A DNA stretch of 63,952 nucleotides, the filler included, from Diploschistes diacapsis (lineage: Eukaryota), in NCBI GenBank assembly GCA_023645945.1. It is 5 parts of 5 records of this genome, joined end to end, with 100 filler letters (N's around TTAATTAATTAA, not from the genome) between each part and the next. Parts side by side here need not be neighbours in the genome. Positions count along the whole stretch, not along the records: positions 1 to 12,760 come from JALAIB010000713.1; 4 more parts are not named here. The stretch is one strand, 5' to 3'. The position numbers and the translations under genes were made by a program. Shown here piece after piece: positions 1-11,825 of this stretch. Position 1 is the first letter of the stretch. Every line of letters begins with the position of its first letter. The notes under the pieces were generated by a model. That model did not search any database. It was given only the letters and a program-made list of their open reading frames with translations, and had not been told where the DNA came from.

Positions 1-409
1 AGGCGGGGTGGGAGAAGCGTGCAAGGAGTGGGGAAAGGCGGTGGGTGGAGCGCGATAGCATGATGCTTAAACGGAGTATATAATGTGTGAGGACTGGGGG
101 TATACAGGCCTGGCGGTAAGATGAATGCTCATGGACAAGGATGCTGTACTTTCCACTCTGTAGGGCTGAAAACTTAAGCTTTTGCTGTGAAAGCGTTCTG
201 ATTGGTCAGTCGTTTCCTTGTGCGGACAAGTTGCGGAGCTTAGACAAAAAGTCGTTGCAGATCGACACCCAACTTCATCTTTCTCGTTGATTTCATCGCA
301 TTAATCCACCCAGTCTTTGGCCTTCAAAAGTCTCGGGTTCGTGTTCGGTGCTACTTTCAATACGCCGACTTCCCATCCCATCGCCCAGACTACTCCACGT
401 TCACTCATA

Positions 410-1689
410 ATGTCCAAACAACCACGACCCACACCCAACTCTCCCCCTTCTGTCTCGCAAGCGCAAGCGCATCAGCCAAAAACCATGTCCTCCCGCCTCG
501 CGACCATGAAGGTAGGCCCATTCTTACCCCACTTCCCCCATTTCCTTCCTCTCCCCATCTGGTCACTCTCGCATCTCCTCCCAACCCAGCTAACGGCCAA
601 CCCAGTTCATGCAACGTGCCACCGCCTCCCACTCCCACTCTCCCAGCTCGCCCAAGACACCAATAACACCGGCTTCAGACTCCGCTTCCTCGAAACGGCA
701 AAAAGTCTCGCACCCACAAACACCCTCTATCCCGGATTCCGCCTCTGTCCCCGCACCTACTTCGGCATCTGCTGCGGCAACTGATGGCCATGCGAATCCT
801 CATTTCTCCACGGCAAGGGGCGGAGAAACGAAGTGGGCTTTTTCGTTCCGGGCGGAGAAAGCCGCGCCGGTGGTTGAGGATAGCAGAAAAGTCAACGGGA
901 ACGGCGCCGTGGGGTACAGGATTGAGATGCTGAGTCCTTGGGTTAGAGAGAGTGTGGTTGGCATGGAAGAGGTAGCGGATGAGGGATGGAATGGAGCGGG
1001 TACGGGTCAGCAGCCGTGGAGGGCTGAAGAAGGGACTGGCAGGAAGGTTTTTGGCAGCAAGGGGAGGTGGAATGGTGGTGCTAACGGGGTGAGTTTGTTC
1101 ATTTGCCTCGGCAGTCATGTAGGCGAGATCAACCCCGGTTTTCTTCGAGTGCGCGGCGTGGTTTTTTTTATAGTGTATATTTTCATTCCTTACATATGCG
1201 CTAACAAGCATACTCTTTCACACCTCTGTGTTCTTCCACAGCAAACGCAAAACATGCTAATTTTTGGCGCGGCAGAACGCCGCTTCCTTCCCCAGTAGTG
1301 ATGAGGAGGAAGACGTTTCCGAAGATGACAGCGATGACTCTGATGGAGGCGAGGACAACGAGGGCGACGGCGAAGAACAAGCGACAAACACGCAAGGTTA
1401 TAGCACAGCGGATACAGCGGCGGTAGTCTCTACCCAGCGTAAGGCACAGCGGAAAGCGGAACGGAAAGCAGCTGCAGCAATAGAATTAGCGCGGGAACGG
1501 CAACGGCAACAGCAGTTGCAGCAGCAACCAAAGCGTGAGGTTAGGTTAAGTAAACTTACCTCCATTTCAGGTACAGGTGGCGGAGGAGGAGGAGCGAGGA
1601 AAGCAGCGAACATCGAGTGCCACCAATGTGGTGAGCGGGGACATAGGAAAGCCGAATGTCCCCACAAAGATCAGGGGCTGCCGTATTGA
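410..1689 (+). CDS. Mpp6-like (exosome-associated) protein with C-terminal CCHC zinc knuckle; exons ~410-511, 606-1088, 1276-1689
   Basis: Splicing GTAGGC..CTAAC..CAG joins MSSRLATMK to FMQR, the Mpp6 N-terminal motif. A GRKVFG motif follows. A second intron GTGAGT..CTAAT..CAG is phase 0 into an acidic tract and CHQCGERGHRKAEC. Confidence 0.7.
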
Positions 1690-2051
1690 AAGGATTAACA
1701 ACTGGTAGGGAGAGTAAGCAAGTTGGCGAGGTGCCTCAGAGCGAGGATGAAGTCGTATAAGCAAGCTAGCAAGCTTTTGGTGAGTGAAGTTTTATATCGT
1801 GTTTCCGTGTGCCATGAAAACGTATCAACATGCATGATTTACTGAACTTTTTGAGAAATGTAAGATGTGTTTTCCGTCATAACGATGCGCTACCGTGTGC
1901 GGTCCCCGGTCATTTTGTGAGATCCGCTGGTGTGTATAAGCGACCTTCACCGCGGATCGCCTTTGAAGGGATCATATTGTTGACCTCCGTTCCAGTTGGA
2001 CTGGTTGCCGTGGTTCCAGTCCATTGTTTCGTCCTGGAAAAAGTCAGCAAT

Positions 2052-3884
2052 CTAATCGATTACCGGAGCGTGAGTTCCATTCACGTTATTTTGCTGGCCC
2101 CAGGTGTCCTGGTTGTTGTTAGTGTTAGTCCACTTCCTATTCCTGCTGGTGTTGTTGTTGTTGCTCCATCTGGGGTTCTCGTTACCGCCCCGATTGAACT
2201 GATTGTCTCCACGACATGAACCCTGCTGGCTACCTTGCCTGGGGCTATCCGTGCCATCCCATTGCGGGTCCTTGTCGCCCTTGAATCCCTGGGGTTGGTC
2301 TTGCGCCAAAGCTCGAGTCCATGCGCCTGGACGATATCCGTGATCTTTGTTCGGTTGGTTGAAGTTAGCACTGGTTTGCTGCATGGCAGGTTGCTGGCTC
2401 GGCATGTTTGGGGCCGGGTTTGCTGGCTGCTGCAGATAGGGTTGACCGGGAGCAGCTGGCTGATATTGATAGGTCTGAGGCGGAGCTGCTGGTTGCTGCT
2501 GATAAGTCTGAAGCGGAGCCACTGGCTGATACTGACATGTCTGAGGTGGAGCTGCTTGCTGGCATGGGTAGGCCTGCATGGGAACCGCGGGCTGGTGCTG
2601 CCAAGTATGAGCCGGAGCTGCTGGCAGGTATTGGTAAGTCTGGGCGTGAACTGCCTGCGCATTATCGGCCATTGGCTGCAACGGCGGGCGACTAAGGCCC
2701 GGATAAGTGTTGGGATGAGCAAAGCCCTGAATAGGGGGGGTGATGATTCGTGTTCCATCCGCAAGGCACAAGTTGTTATTCTCGTCGAGGTGTGCTATTA
2801 GCGGCTTGCCCGGTCCAGCTTTATCAGTGGAGGAACTTGAGTCGCTCACAGCATCCTTGGGTTTGCTAACATGCGCCGGCAACTTCACGTGGCATGTCCC
2901 ATGCTGAGGCGAACATGGAGGGGTTGACAAAGGCTGTGCTCCAAGCGAAACATGCCTTGCGTGATGATAGCCTCCTGGAGGATAGCACTGTAGACAGCTG
3001 TGCAAATTTCTGTCCTTGCAGGAAATATCGTGGGTGAGATGGGCAATTTTCTTGAACCGATTTGTGTCCCTATCCCCTAACCACTTGACAGCATCCTCTT
3101 GGTTACGAACCCACTCATGATTGAGCCAGCATGCTACATATTCTTCGTCATGACGACGGGGAGACTCGACCATCTGCTCATACATCGTATCGTTCGCACC
3201 CGGTTGCCCCCTGTCATCATCCTTTGAGGGCCTTTTGTTGCCTAAGGCGGCCAGGTTACCACCCTGATATATTTTGTCTAAGATAGGTGCACTCCATGGG
3301 TAGGGCAAAACCGAGGTAGCTGGAGCTGGTTTGTCCGCCTTTTTGCTCTTATCCTCTCTCTCAGTCTTATCCCCCTTATCCCCCTTATCCCCCTTATCAC
3401 TCTTTGACTTTCCTCCTTTGGTGCTTTCTCCTTTCCCTTTTCCTTTGGTTTTGGACTTCTTGCCTGTGTCTTCGTCTTCAGAACTGCTGGAATTTTGTTC
3501 CTCAAATTCCACATGTTTCTCCTTAGCCCCTTTGCTCTTGTCTTTCTTGGACCCCCGCTCGTCATCTTTGCTCCCCATCTCTTTTCCCTTGTCTTTACCT
3601 TTCTTGCTATAATCGCCTACAGGGGCAGAGGCTTCCGGGTGGGCTGGACAATTGTGATAACAGTAAGTTATTTGGGTCTGCGTCTTGGTTTCTTTATTGT
3701 TTTCCTTTTTTTCTTCAACAAGAGGTATAGACGATGGCTTTTGCTTTATTTGCCTAAGGCCCTGCCTCTTCAACTGTCGTAACGCCGCTCTTTCGGCGTA
3801 TGAGGGTGGAAACATTGAAATCCGCGGAGGTCTGTACTCTACATCGATGGGAACTGGTGACGCAGCGAACTTGACCCAGACCAT
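2052..3884 (-). CDS. Hypothetical 610-aa low-complexity protein (Lys/Glu-rich N-half, Cys/His patch, Gln/Pro repeats)
   Basis: Long ATG-started uninterrupted ORF; no family recognised. Confidence 0.6.
   Translation of the reverse strand: MVWVKFAASPVPIDVEYRPPRISMFPPSYAERAALRQLKRQGLRQIKQKPSSIPLVEEKKENNKETKTQTQITYCYHNCPAHPEASAPVGDYSKKGKDKGKEMGSKDDERGSKKDKSKGAKEKHVEFEEQNSSSSEDEDTGKKSKTKGKGKGESTKGGKSKSDKGDKGDKGDKTEREDKSKKADKPAPATSVLPYPWSAPILDKIYQGGNLAALGNKRPSKDDDRGQPGANDTMYEQMVESPRRHDEEYVACWLNHEWVRNQEDAVKWLGDRDTNRFKKIAHLTHDISCKDRNLHSCLQCYPPGGYHHARHVSLGAQPLSTPPCSPQHGTCHVKLPAHVSKPKDAVSDSSSSTDKAGPGKPLIAHLDENNNLCLADGTRIITPPIQGFAHPNTYPGLSRPPLQPMADNAQAVHAQTYQYLPAAPAHTWQHQPAVPMQAYPCQQAAPPQTCQYQPVAPLQTYQQQPAAPPQTYQYQPAAPGQPYLQQPANPAPNMPSQQPAMQQTSANFNQPNKDHGYRPGAWTRALAQDQPQGFKGDKDPQWDGTDSPRQGSQQGSCRGDNQFNRGGNENPRWSNNNNTSRNRKWTNTNNNQDTWGQQNNVNGTHAPVID
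2420..2650 (-). repeat. About 7 degenerate 33-bp (11-aa) coding repeats, QTYQYQPAAPP-like
   Basis: QTYQYLPAAPA / HTWQHQPAVPM / QAYPCQQAAPP / QTCQYQPVAPL / QTYQQQPAAPP / QTYQYQPAAPG / QPYLQQPANPA in the 610-aa ORF. Confidence 0.8.
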
Positions 3885-4605
3885 TGTGAGGGGTCTCTAG
3901 CCTCTACCAGCGTGTTGGACGAGCTATAGAACAACAGGATACGGTACGATATGAAAGACATACGAAAAGAAGAATACAGAGTAACTGAATAACGAAAGAA
4001 GAAAGGAAATCTTTTGCTTTTCTGAAGAGTCTTGATTGCCAAACTTGCTCAGTGTAAAGACTCGAGAAGGAGGGAAAGAGAATGCTCCATACTTTTGGTC
4101 ATCTCAATGACCATCAGTCCCTGGTGAATATTAACTCTGAGTCGACTGTCCTCGTCGTGCAACAATTGTGAATAGCTCCTTCCTTTGAGTTGAATGCTTT
4201 CACAGAATAGGGCAGGATTACGTCAAGGCTAACTGGCTTCCGCGTCTGAAAATCTGAAACGAAGAATTCGGTTTTTCACAGCTCACATGCGTTGAATGGA
4301 GCATTAAGTTGAATGTGCCACTGGCATTTGTGAAATTCAACTCTCTCGCACTCTCTTCTCTGCAGATTACTAGGACAGTCGAGATTACCTCAACGACAGC
4401 TTTGGGACAGACCCCGACCTCCATTCTGTAAGGGCATCCAATCCACTCATGGCTAAGAAACCTCCATCCATATACCTCAACACCGAGAAGATTAGAGACA
4501 GGAAATCAGAGAGAAAATACCTTACTGGAAGCTCCGGAATACCCCATCAACTCCAATGTCAAAGCTAGGGACGTGAACCTAGATCACAAGTAGAACCCGC
4601 TCCGC

Positions 4606-6023
4606 TCAAACATCCAGTACGCGGCGCTCATTGCTTGGAAGCTGCTTCTTGGCCGAGATGCCATTGGTAGAAGCTTGACCTGTTTTGTACTTTTCACTTT
4701 CTAGGGAAACTGGTCGGCCATTGGTTGTAGTAGCAGAGACACTGGCAGCAGAAGCAGCGAAGTCCTGAGCGTCGGTATGGTAACCGGTAAGTGGAATATT
4801 GTCATTGTCCGATAAGATACCCCCACTGCTAACAACGCCATGGCCGAAGCGGGTTCGAACACGGAGTATGGATCCCGAGTAACGTCGATTCGTCGCATCT
4901 GCAGTTAGGCCTTGCGAAGTTCCGCTACTTTTATATCTTTTCAAGAAAGCGGAAAGTTTGCTGCTGCAGAACCGAAGTGGACGAAGGGTTGGAAGACAAG
5001 CCGAAAGAACAGCAACAGCGGGTTCAACGAGTATCCACAGCGCACACTCAAAGAGAACTTCTATTCCGGAATTAGCCAAAGAGTGGTGACAGATCGATTG
5101 ACTTCAAGCTTACCGGCATCAGAATTTACAAAGAGAGATTGCTCGATGATCCGAACAAGTGCGCAAATACAAGTAAGTGTCCCGAGCATGAAGATGCCAA
5201 GGAGCATGCGTCGGGTCTTCTTATCGACGTGTAACCTCGAAATGAAGAAAACTGGTAGGCCAAAGACAGGAACATCACTCACTAGATTGGCGATCGTGAT
5301 CCCGGTGAATAGCTTTATAGGGTCATCGCAATTTCTCATGTCCATCTTCGCCTGGGCCGACTCAGTCCAGAGTGAATCAATCGAACGACACTGGACAAGT
5401 GTAGCACATAAAGAAAGTATGAACCAGACACCGCAGATACCTCTTAGTACCCAGATTAGGTACCAAAAGTTCTCGCTGCGGAAGACACGGCGGTAGAGAC
5501 TAAGGACGCTGAGTTTCGTTGCGAACATAACGAAAAAGTACATCACTTGGCTCACGAAAAAGCACTACGATGAGATTAGTTCTGGCAACACAAAAGCTAA
5601 GGAAATGAAGGGCGATGCAGGATCAAGCTCAAGGCTTCTGTAACTAGGGAGTAGATTGGCCGTAGGGCTCAAAGGCCTAGTCCCATACAACAGGAAAGTT
5701 TTCCTTACCTTTTGGAGAGTGACAATGCGCTCAGGAGAAAGCTCCGCAAAAGGAGTACCGTCGGCTCCACCGGCCACAAAGAGGAACCCCGCTGTAACTG
5801 TTAGTAGAAGCTCGATGATGCCTTCTTTTCCAACCTTACAGTTGACAGTCAATCCGACCAGGAAAAGGAGGGCGACGATGATCAAGAAATCTTCGTGGCC
5901 AAAAGAACTTGCGCTCATGAGGTGGGCAATGAGACGAAGCACAACACTAATGGTAGCAACTGCGCCGAAAATGATGCTGAGACGAAAGTACAGGTTGGCA
6001 CTGGTTATCGCCGAGTTATCCAT
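4606..6023 (-). CDS. PTH11-like integral membrane protein (no CFEM domain), multi-exon
   Basis: Family motifs across three ORF pieces: VVLRL..EDFLIIVA, TKLSVLSLYRRVF, DVPVFGLP..L..IFMLG..CICALVRI, W..VEPAVAVLSACLPTLRPL. Confidence 0.85.
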
Positions 6024-7125
6024 CTTGAGGTGTAGCTTTGATAGCGAGAATAGCCGGCTTCAGACAAATGGTGATAGATGAAGAAGTAAGCAACCTCACG
6101 AGACGTGTACAGTAAGGAAATGAAAGAACATTAGGCCAAGGTTAAGCAAAACGAACAGATATCATGAATGCATTTTGAGACAAGAGAAATGAACGGTCAC
6201 TTTTGACACTAGGTGCGCATCCTGAACACACATCATGAACGAAAGCGATGTTAGCGGTGACTGGCATAATACAAGTTTCTCACGGTTTGATGGAGCGGCA
6301 CGCTACAGGACATGGATGGGAACTGGAAGCAATGAAACTAAGAACAAACCCAACGCTCTTCCTCAGCTGCTCTGAACCATTCTAATAGCTTTGTGACCAG
6401 GTTACACAGAACAACGTATGGTTGCATGCCATTCTTCTGGATGAGCAGCAAACATGGGGAAGGACAAGAAGAGACTGAAGAAAGAAAGCAGGGGGATGTC
6501 AGCAGCGTGGCAGGCCTTTGATATAAAGAGAAGACTATACCTCAGGACACAGTGGTACCTGAGCCTGACGTTGAATATTTCGGACTTCGGGCTCACTAGG
6601 TATGGGACTATTCTCCTTCTCTCTTTCTCTCTTCTCGCTCGTATTAGATTGGGGGATACATAGAGAGTTAGGAGCTTCACCACGATGATTTGCTACATCA
6701 GAACAACTGATACTAGGTTGACGAGGACACAGTTGTAATTTGCTTTAGTCCCTTGCGCTCTTCCTAGCCTGGGTATTGGGGATTCGCGTTCGAATATTCA
6801 TGCATCCTGTGCTGTGCATGAAATTCCATAGCACTGGTGTGATACAAAGCGCCAGTTTAGTACCGTTAAGCCACATAGCGAAAAGACGTCAATACTGCAC
6901 TGCGCCAGTATTGAACTAAACTGGATATATATCATCGAGAGACGGAAGCAGGACCTGACTTGAACGTGAGTATCAAAGGCTCACGAGGCTCTGACAGGCA
7001 CTTATAAAGCCTAGGACAACGTTTCGCAATGGGGAAAAGATCGCAAACTGAATGAAGTTGGAGCTGCTTTTCGAGTAAGTTGAACCTTTCAATGCTGGAT
7101 ATCCGTGACTGATAGTGTCTGTTAG

Positions 7126-7443
7126 ACTGGGTTCGCAACGACATCGAGAGAATCGTCGACTCCAAGGAGTACCTGGGGGAAGCGTTTAGCAGCGGCTGGC
7201 AGCATCTACCAGAGCGCACCGTCACGGGCAAAAAGAGCGAAGTTCAGACGGACGTGGTGCATACCAACGCTCTGATCATCTACTGCGCTGGCAAGGTCAA
7301 TTCAAGCCGCTGTAAACCGCGCTTGAACGGAGACGGCCAGTTCAAGGAGTGTCTCTTTCTCCGACTCGAATCAGGGCTATTCGCATCTAAGAATGCCTGT
7401 GCCAATTGTGCTTGGAAGGCACATAATCGCCAGTGCAACTGGC
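7126..7443 (+). pseudogene. DUF3716-like Cys-rich exon inside the TIR element, probably degenerate
   Basis: NALIIYCAG..RCKPRLNGDGQFKEC..NACANCAW..QCNWR matches the CxxC-xxGxGPF-xxC..ACANC..C pattern, with the second Cys as Arg. Flanked by intron-like segments (GTAAGT..CTGAT..TAG upstream, GTGAGT..CTGAC..TAG downstream). Confidence 0.5.
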
Positions 7444-7541
7444 GTGAGTTTCCTATTCTTATGGCTGACCAGACTGATTAGGATCTATCGGACAATTCTA
7501 ACCAGTAGAAACCGGACGTTTCTAAGCAGCTGTTTGGGGGG

Positions 7542-7605
7542 AACAGAGGTAGAGTCTAACTCGAAGTCAAACAGAGATAGAGTCTAACTCGAAGTCAAAC
7601 AGAGA
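7542..7605 (+). repeat. 28-bp tandem duplication (AACAGAG[G/A]TAGAGTCTAACTCGAAGTCA x2 plus a partial copy)
   Basis: Directly visible just inside the right TIR. Confidence 0.9.
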
Positions 7606-7667
7606 AGGTTGGTCTTTTGGCTATGTGGCTTAGCGGTACTAAACTGGCGCTTATATCACATTATACT

Positions 7668-7947
7668 CCATGTTTGGACGATTAATACAGTACTAGGCCA
7701 AAAGTAGTTAGGTACACCATAAGCGGCAGTAAATAAACAAGTCGACTCTTTACTACCGCTTATGGTGTACCTAACTACTTTTGGCACCTGACTGTATAAT
7801 CCATAAATATGCGATTAACCGCCGATTAATCAGACCGATTATTTATTCTATACTTATACAAATTTATGCAATATAGTTTTTCTTCACGATTTACGGTATC
7901 CTTGATAGCTATTCGGCCCGATTAATAATCGATTAACGAAAGTGCTG
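7668..7947 (+). repeat. AT-rich GATTAA-motif dispersed repeat (transposon end or relic), interrupted by the MITE
   Basis: CCATGTTTGGACGATTAAT (7668-7686) and CCGATTATTTATT (7835-7847) recur exactly, in reverse complement, at 30327-30345 and 30249-30261. Confidence 0.7.
7688..7794. mobile_element. 107-bp Tc1/mariner-type MITE with TA target duplication
   Basis: TA|CAGT..GCCAAAAGTAGTTAGGTACACCATAAGCGG.AGTAAA, short spacer, TTTACT.CCGCTTATGGTGTACCTAACTACTTTTGGC..ACTG|TA. Arms are ~46 bp with CAGT termini. Confidence 0.85.
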
Positions 7948-8183
7948 TGGCTGTGCAAGTGGATAGAGTTCGAGTCTTTGATATTGAAGTGTACTCACTC
8001 CCTGTATACCCAATATTGCCCAAACATCCGCACCTGTCAGAGTCCATGTAACTTCAAGAACGTCAACGTATTGGTTCTATCGATTGAGCCATGCTCACCG
8101 TGTCACTGGACTTTACCGTAATGTCTTAACTTCAGAAATGCGCTTCGAATTATCCATATGATTGTTCATCTGGCATCATATAC

Positions 8184-11100
8184 ATGCTGTTACCCAAAAG
8201 TCTTGGATCCTCGGGCATAACACTTTATTCAGCCCTGCAGCATCGTTGCTTTCGTCCTTTACTCAGCTTTCAGCCCAAACACAATTCGCGTGCGACTCGG
8301 GCTTCCCACTCTACCTGCTCACTTCAAGCAGCTAGGAAACGCTCATTCGCCACGATGGCGTCCGTCGAACGGCTGGCAGACCATCTCGAGAAGCCCGAAC
8401 TCGACGATAGGTCTTACAGAGTTATTCGGTTATCGAACAAACTTGAGGCGCTGCTGGTACATGATCCCGATACGGACAAAGCGAGCGCATCTGTCAACGT
8501 GAATGTGGGTAGTTTCAGCGATGCTGATGAAATGCCCGGCATGGCTCATGCTGTAGAGCATCTACTTTTCATGGGAACCAAGAAGGTAAGAAAACAGGAT
8601 ATACTACGTTTAGCTTTTCTAACCTGTCCAGTATCCCGTTGAGAACGCTTACGGCCAGTATCTTACCTCACATTCTGGGTACTCTAATGCATATACCGCA
8701 TCTACCGAGACCAACTATTTCTTCGAAGTTGCTGCATCTGGAAACTCAATCGACAGTAAGTCGGCAATCAACGGTGACACGGGGGCTGTAGCAAACGTAG
8801 CCCCCGAGTCCCCTCTCTATGGAGCGCTTGACAGATTCTCTCAATTCTTCATCTCTCCATTGTTCTTGTCAGGAACACTAGATCGCGAGCTACGAGCCGT
8901 TGACTCTGAGAACAAGAAGAATCTGCAAAGCGACAATTGGCGCCTCTCTCAACTCGATAAGAGCTTATCAAACCCTCAACATCCTTACCATCACTTCTCA
9001 ACGGGAAATCTGCAAACCTTGAGGGATGAGCCACGCGAACGAGGCGTCGAAGTGCGCAGTGAGTTCATCAAATTTCACGACAGATACTATTCGGCCAACC
9101 GTATGAAGCTAGTCGTCTTAGGTAAAGAGCCTCTGGACGAGCTTGAGTCCTGGGTCACGGAGCTCTTCTCGGGCGTGCAGAATAAGGATCTCCCACAGAA
9201 CAGATGGGATGGCGAGCAGCCGTACTCATCCAAGGATTTGCTGAAACAGATCTATGCAAAGCCTGTCATGGACTCAAGATCTCTAGATATTATTTTCACG
9301 TACCAGGACGAGGATCACATGTACAAAACTCACCCGAGCAGGTATATAAGCCACCTAATTGGTCACGAAGGTCCCGGAAGCATCTTGTCTTACATAAAAG
9401 GCAAAGGATGGGCGAACAGGCTGTCAGCCGGCCCCATGACTGTCTGTCCTGGCACTGGTCTGTTCAATATTTCGATTGGTCTCACTACGGAAGGTCTAGC
9501 ACAATATCATGAAGTCGTCAAGGCAGTGTTCCAATACATCTCCTTGATGAAGCGAGCTGGTCCTCAAGAGTGGATCGTGAACGAGGTCAAAGAAATGAAC
9601 TTGGTCGATTTTCGCTTCAAGCAAAAGTCTCCTGCCAGCAAGTTCACTGCCAGAGTTAGCAGTACCATGCAAAAACCATTACCCCGAGAGTGGCTTCTGA
9701 GCGGTGAGAGAATCATCCGAGAATTTAGTCACGATGACATTGCCGAGGCTATGGCTTACTTGAGAGATGACAACTACAGACTAACCATTGTCAGCCAGCA
9801 ACTTCCAGGCGATTGGGACAGTAAGGAGAAGTGGTATGGCACGGAGTACCGTATAGAGAACGTGTCAGAGGAACTACAAGCTACGGTTCGGCGGGCCATA
9901 CAGAGCGGTCGAGATGAGATACCATTGGAGCTTCACTTACCACACAAGAACGAATTCATTCCTAATAACTTGACTGTAGAGAAAAAGAAAGTAGAAGAGC
10001 CGCTCAAGGCACCCAAGTTGATCCGAAATGACGAAGCGGTGCGCCTGTGGTGGAAGAAGGATGATCGCTTCTGGGTTCCCAAGGGAACGATCTCAATCAT
10101 CTTGAGGAGCCCGTTTGCAGCTGTCACGCCTGAAAATTCCGTTAAAGCCAACTTGTATTGCATGCTCGTTAAAGACGCTCTGAACGAATATTCATATGAT
10201 GCTGAGATATCGGGCCTTGACTATGACTTGTCCGACATTGCTCGCGGTTTGCAAGTTACGGTCTCTGGATACACAGATAAGATGTCCGTACTTCTAGACA
10301 AGGTCTTGACGTGTATGAAGGACATCGAAATCAAGCCAGATCGGTTTCACATTGTGAAAGAGCGACTCCTGAGAGGGTACCGAAATTGGGATTATCAACA
10401 ACCGTTCCACCAAGTTGGCGACTTTACACGGTGGATGAACAATCCCAAGGGTTGGCTGAACGAGCACTATGTCGCAGAGCTTCCCCATATTGAACCAGAA
10501 GACGTTGCATCATTCTACCCGCAGTTGCTGAAGCAGGTCCACATGGAGGTCCTTGTCCATGGAAATCTGTACAAAGAGGATGCTTTGCGAGTGACGAAGC
10601 TTCTCGAAACAACGCTGAAACCCCGAACGCTACCTAGAACGTTATGGCAAGCGCGCAGAAATCTTCTCCTACCGAGGGGCAGTGATCATACATACCGCCG
10701 AACCTTGGGCGACCCAGCGAACATCAACAACTGTATAGAGTACTATCTCTACATTGGCAACGCTGCAGAGAAGCGTTTGAGAGCGCAGATACTTCTTCTT
10801 GACCAATTAGGAGATGAGCTTGGCTTTGATCAGCTTCGTACAAAGGAGCAGTTAGGCTACATTGTCTTCACTGGATCACGAATGTTTTCCACGACTGGCG
10901 GCTATCGCGTCGTCATACAGTCTGAGCGCTCGCCAGAGTATCTCGAAGAGCGTATCAATGCTTTTCTTATGACGTTCGCCGAGAAACTAGACAGAATGTC
11001 GGAATCCGAGTTCGAAGGTCACAAGCGAAGCGTGATTAACAAGCGGCTTGAGAAACTGAAGAACCTGGAGCAGGAGTGCAACCGCTTCTACTCTCACATC

Positions 11101-11700
11101 TCAAATGAGTATTACCACTTTGCTCAAGCAGACACCGATGTTGCAGAACTCAAGCCATTGACAAAGGGTGACATGGTTGAATTCTTTAACTACTATATAC
11201 ACCCAACATCCCCCAATCGCACAAAGCTATCGGTACATTTGATAGCTCAATCGAGCCCAAAAGAGATAACGTCACATATTTCGACTGATGAGCAGAAAGA
11301 AAAGGTGCTCAGTTTGTTAGCAAAGAGCCTGACGGCTGCTGGTGTCGAAGCGGACAGGGAGAAGCTTTCAGCAAGATTCCAAGACGTGGCCGTTGCTGGT
11401 GGAGATCAAAATGCAATCCTCGGGGCTGTGTCCAAGTATCTAGTCGAAGACGCCAAAGTCCCCAATGATAAGGCTGCTCAAGTCCTGGAACAAGGGGCTC
11501 AGTTAATGGGTACCATCCTACCTGCTCTCGGGATAGAAGTGAAGCAGACCGGAGACAAGGAGTTACGGAAGGCTCCTAAGGTCAAGGAAACCACGTACAT
11601 TGAAAACGTACCAGAATGGAAGGCAACGCTGCAGGCTTCTGCATGCCCCAGGCCGGTGGTGGATTTGACTGAGTACGAGGACTTTGATCCGAAGTTGTGA
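8184..11700 (+). CDS. STE23: M16A metallopeptidase, insulin-degrading enzyme / Ste23; intron 8586-8631
   Basis: Inverted zinc motif HAVEH, GTKKYP across the intron, DRELRAVDSENKKNLQSD, HLIGHEGPGS, FDQLRTKEQLGY. Confidence 0.95.
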
Positions 11701-11825
11701 TCCTTGGGGGTTTGTTCAGGCGCTGCATTAGAGTGATCGAAGCATTAGCGTGCATTCAGTGTTTGATCAATATGGCTTGTCTGTGTAGGCGTCTACATTA
11801 GATCATGGCAAGAGCTGGAAATCAG

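Larger units (their letters stand above)
6838..7660. mobile_element. ~820-bp non-autonomous element bounded by ~50-bp terminal inverted repeats
   Basis: 6838-6887 TGTGATACAAAGCGCCAGTTTAGTACCGTTAAGCCACATAGCGAAAAGAC vs reverse complement of 7612-7660 TGTGATATAAGCGCCAGTTTAGTACCGCTAAGCCACATAGCCAAAAGAC. No clear target-site duplication. Confidence 0.7.

Noticed and set aside
7542..7605. CRISPR-like repeat
   Set aside because: Contiguous tandem duplication with no spacers, no cas genes, and a eukaryotic context.
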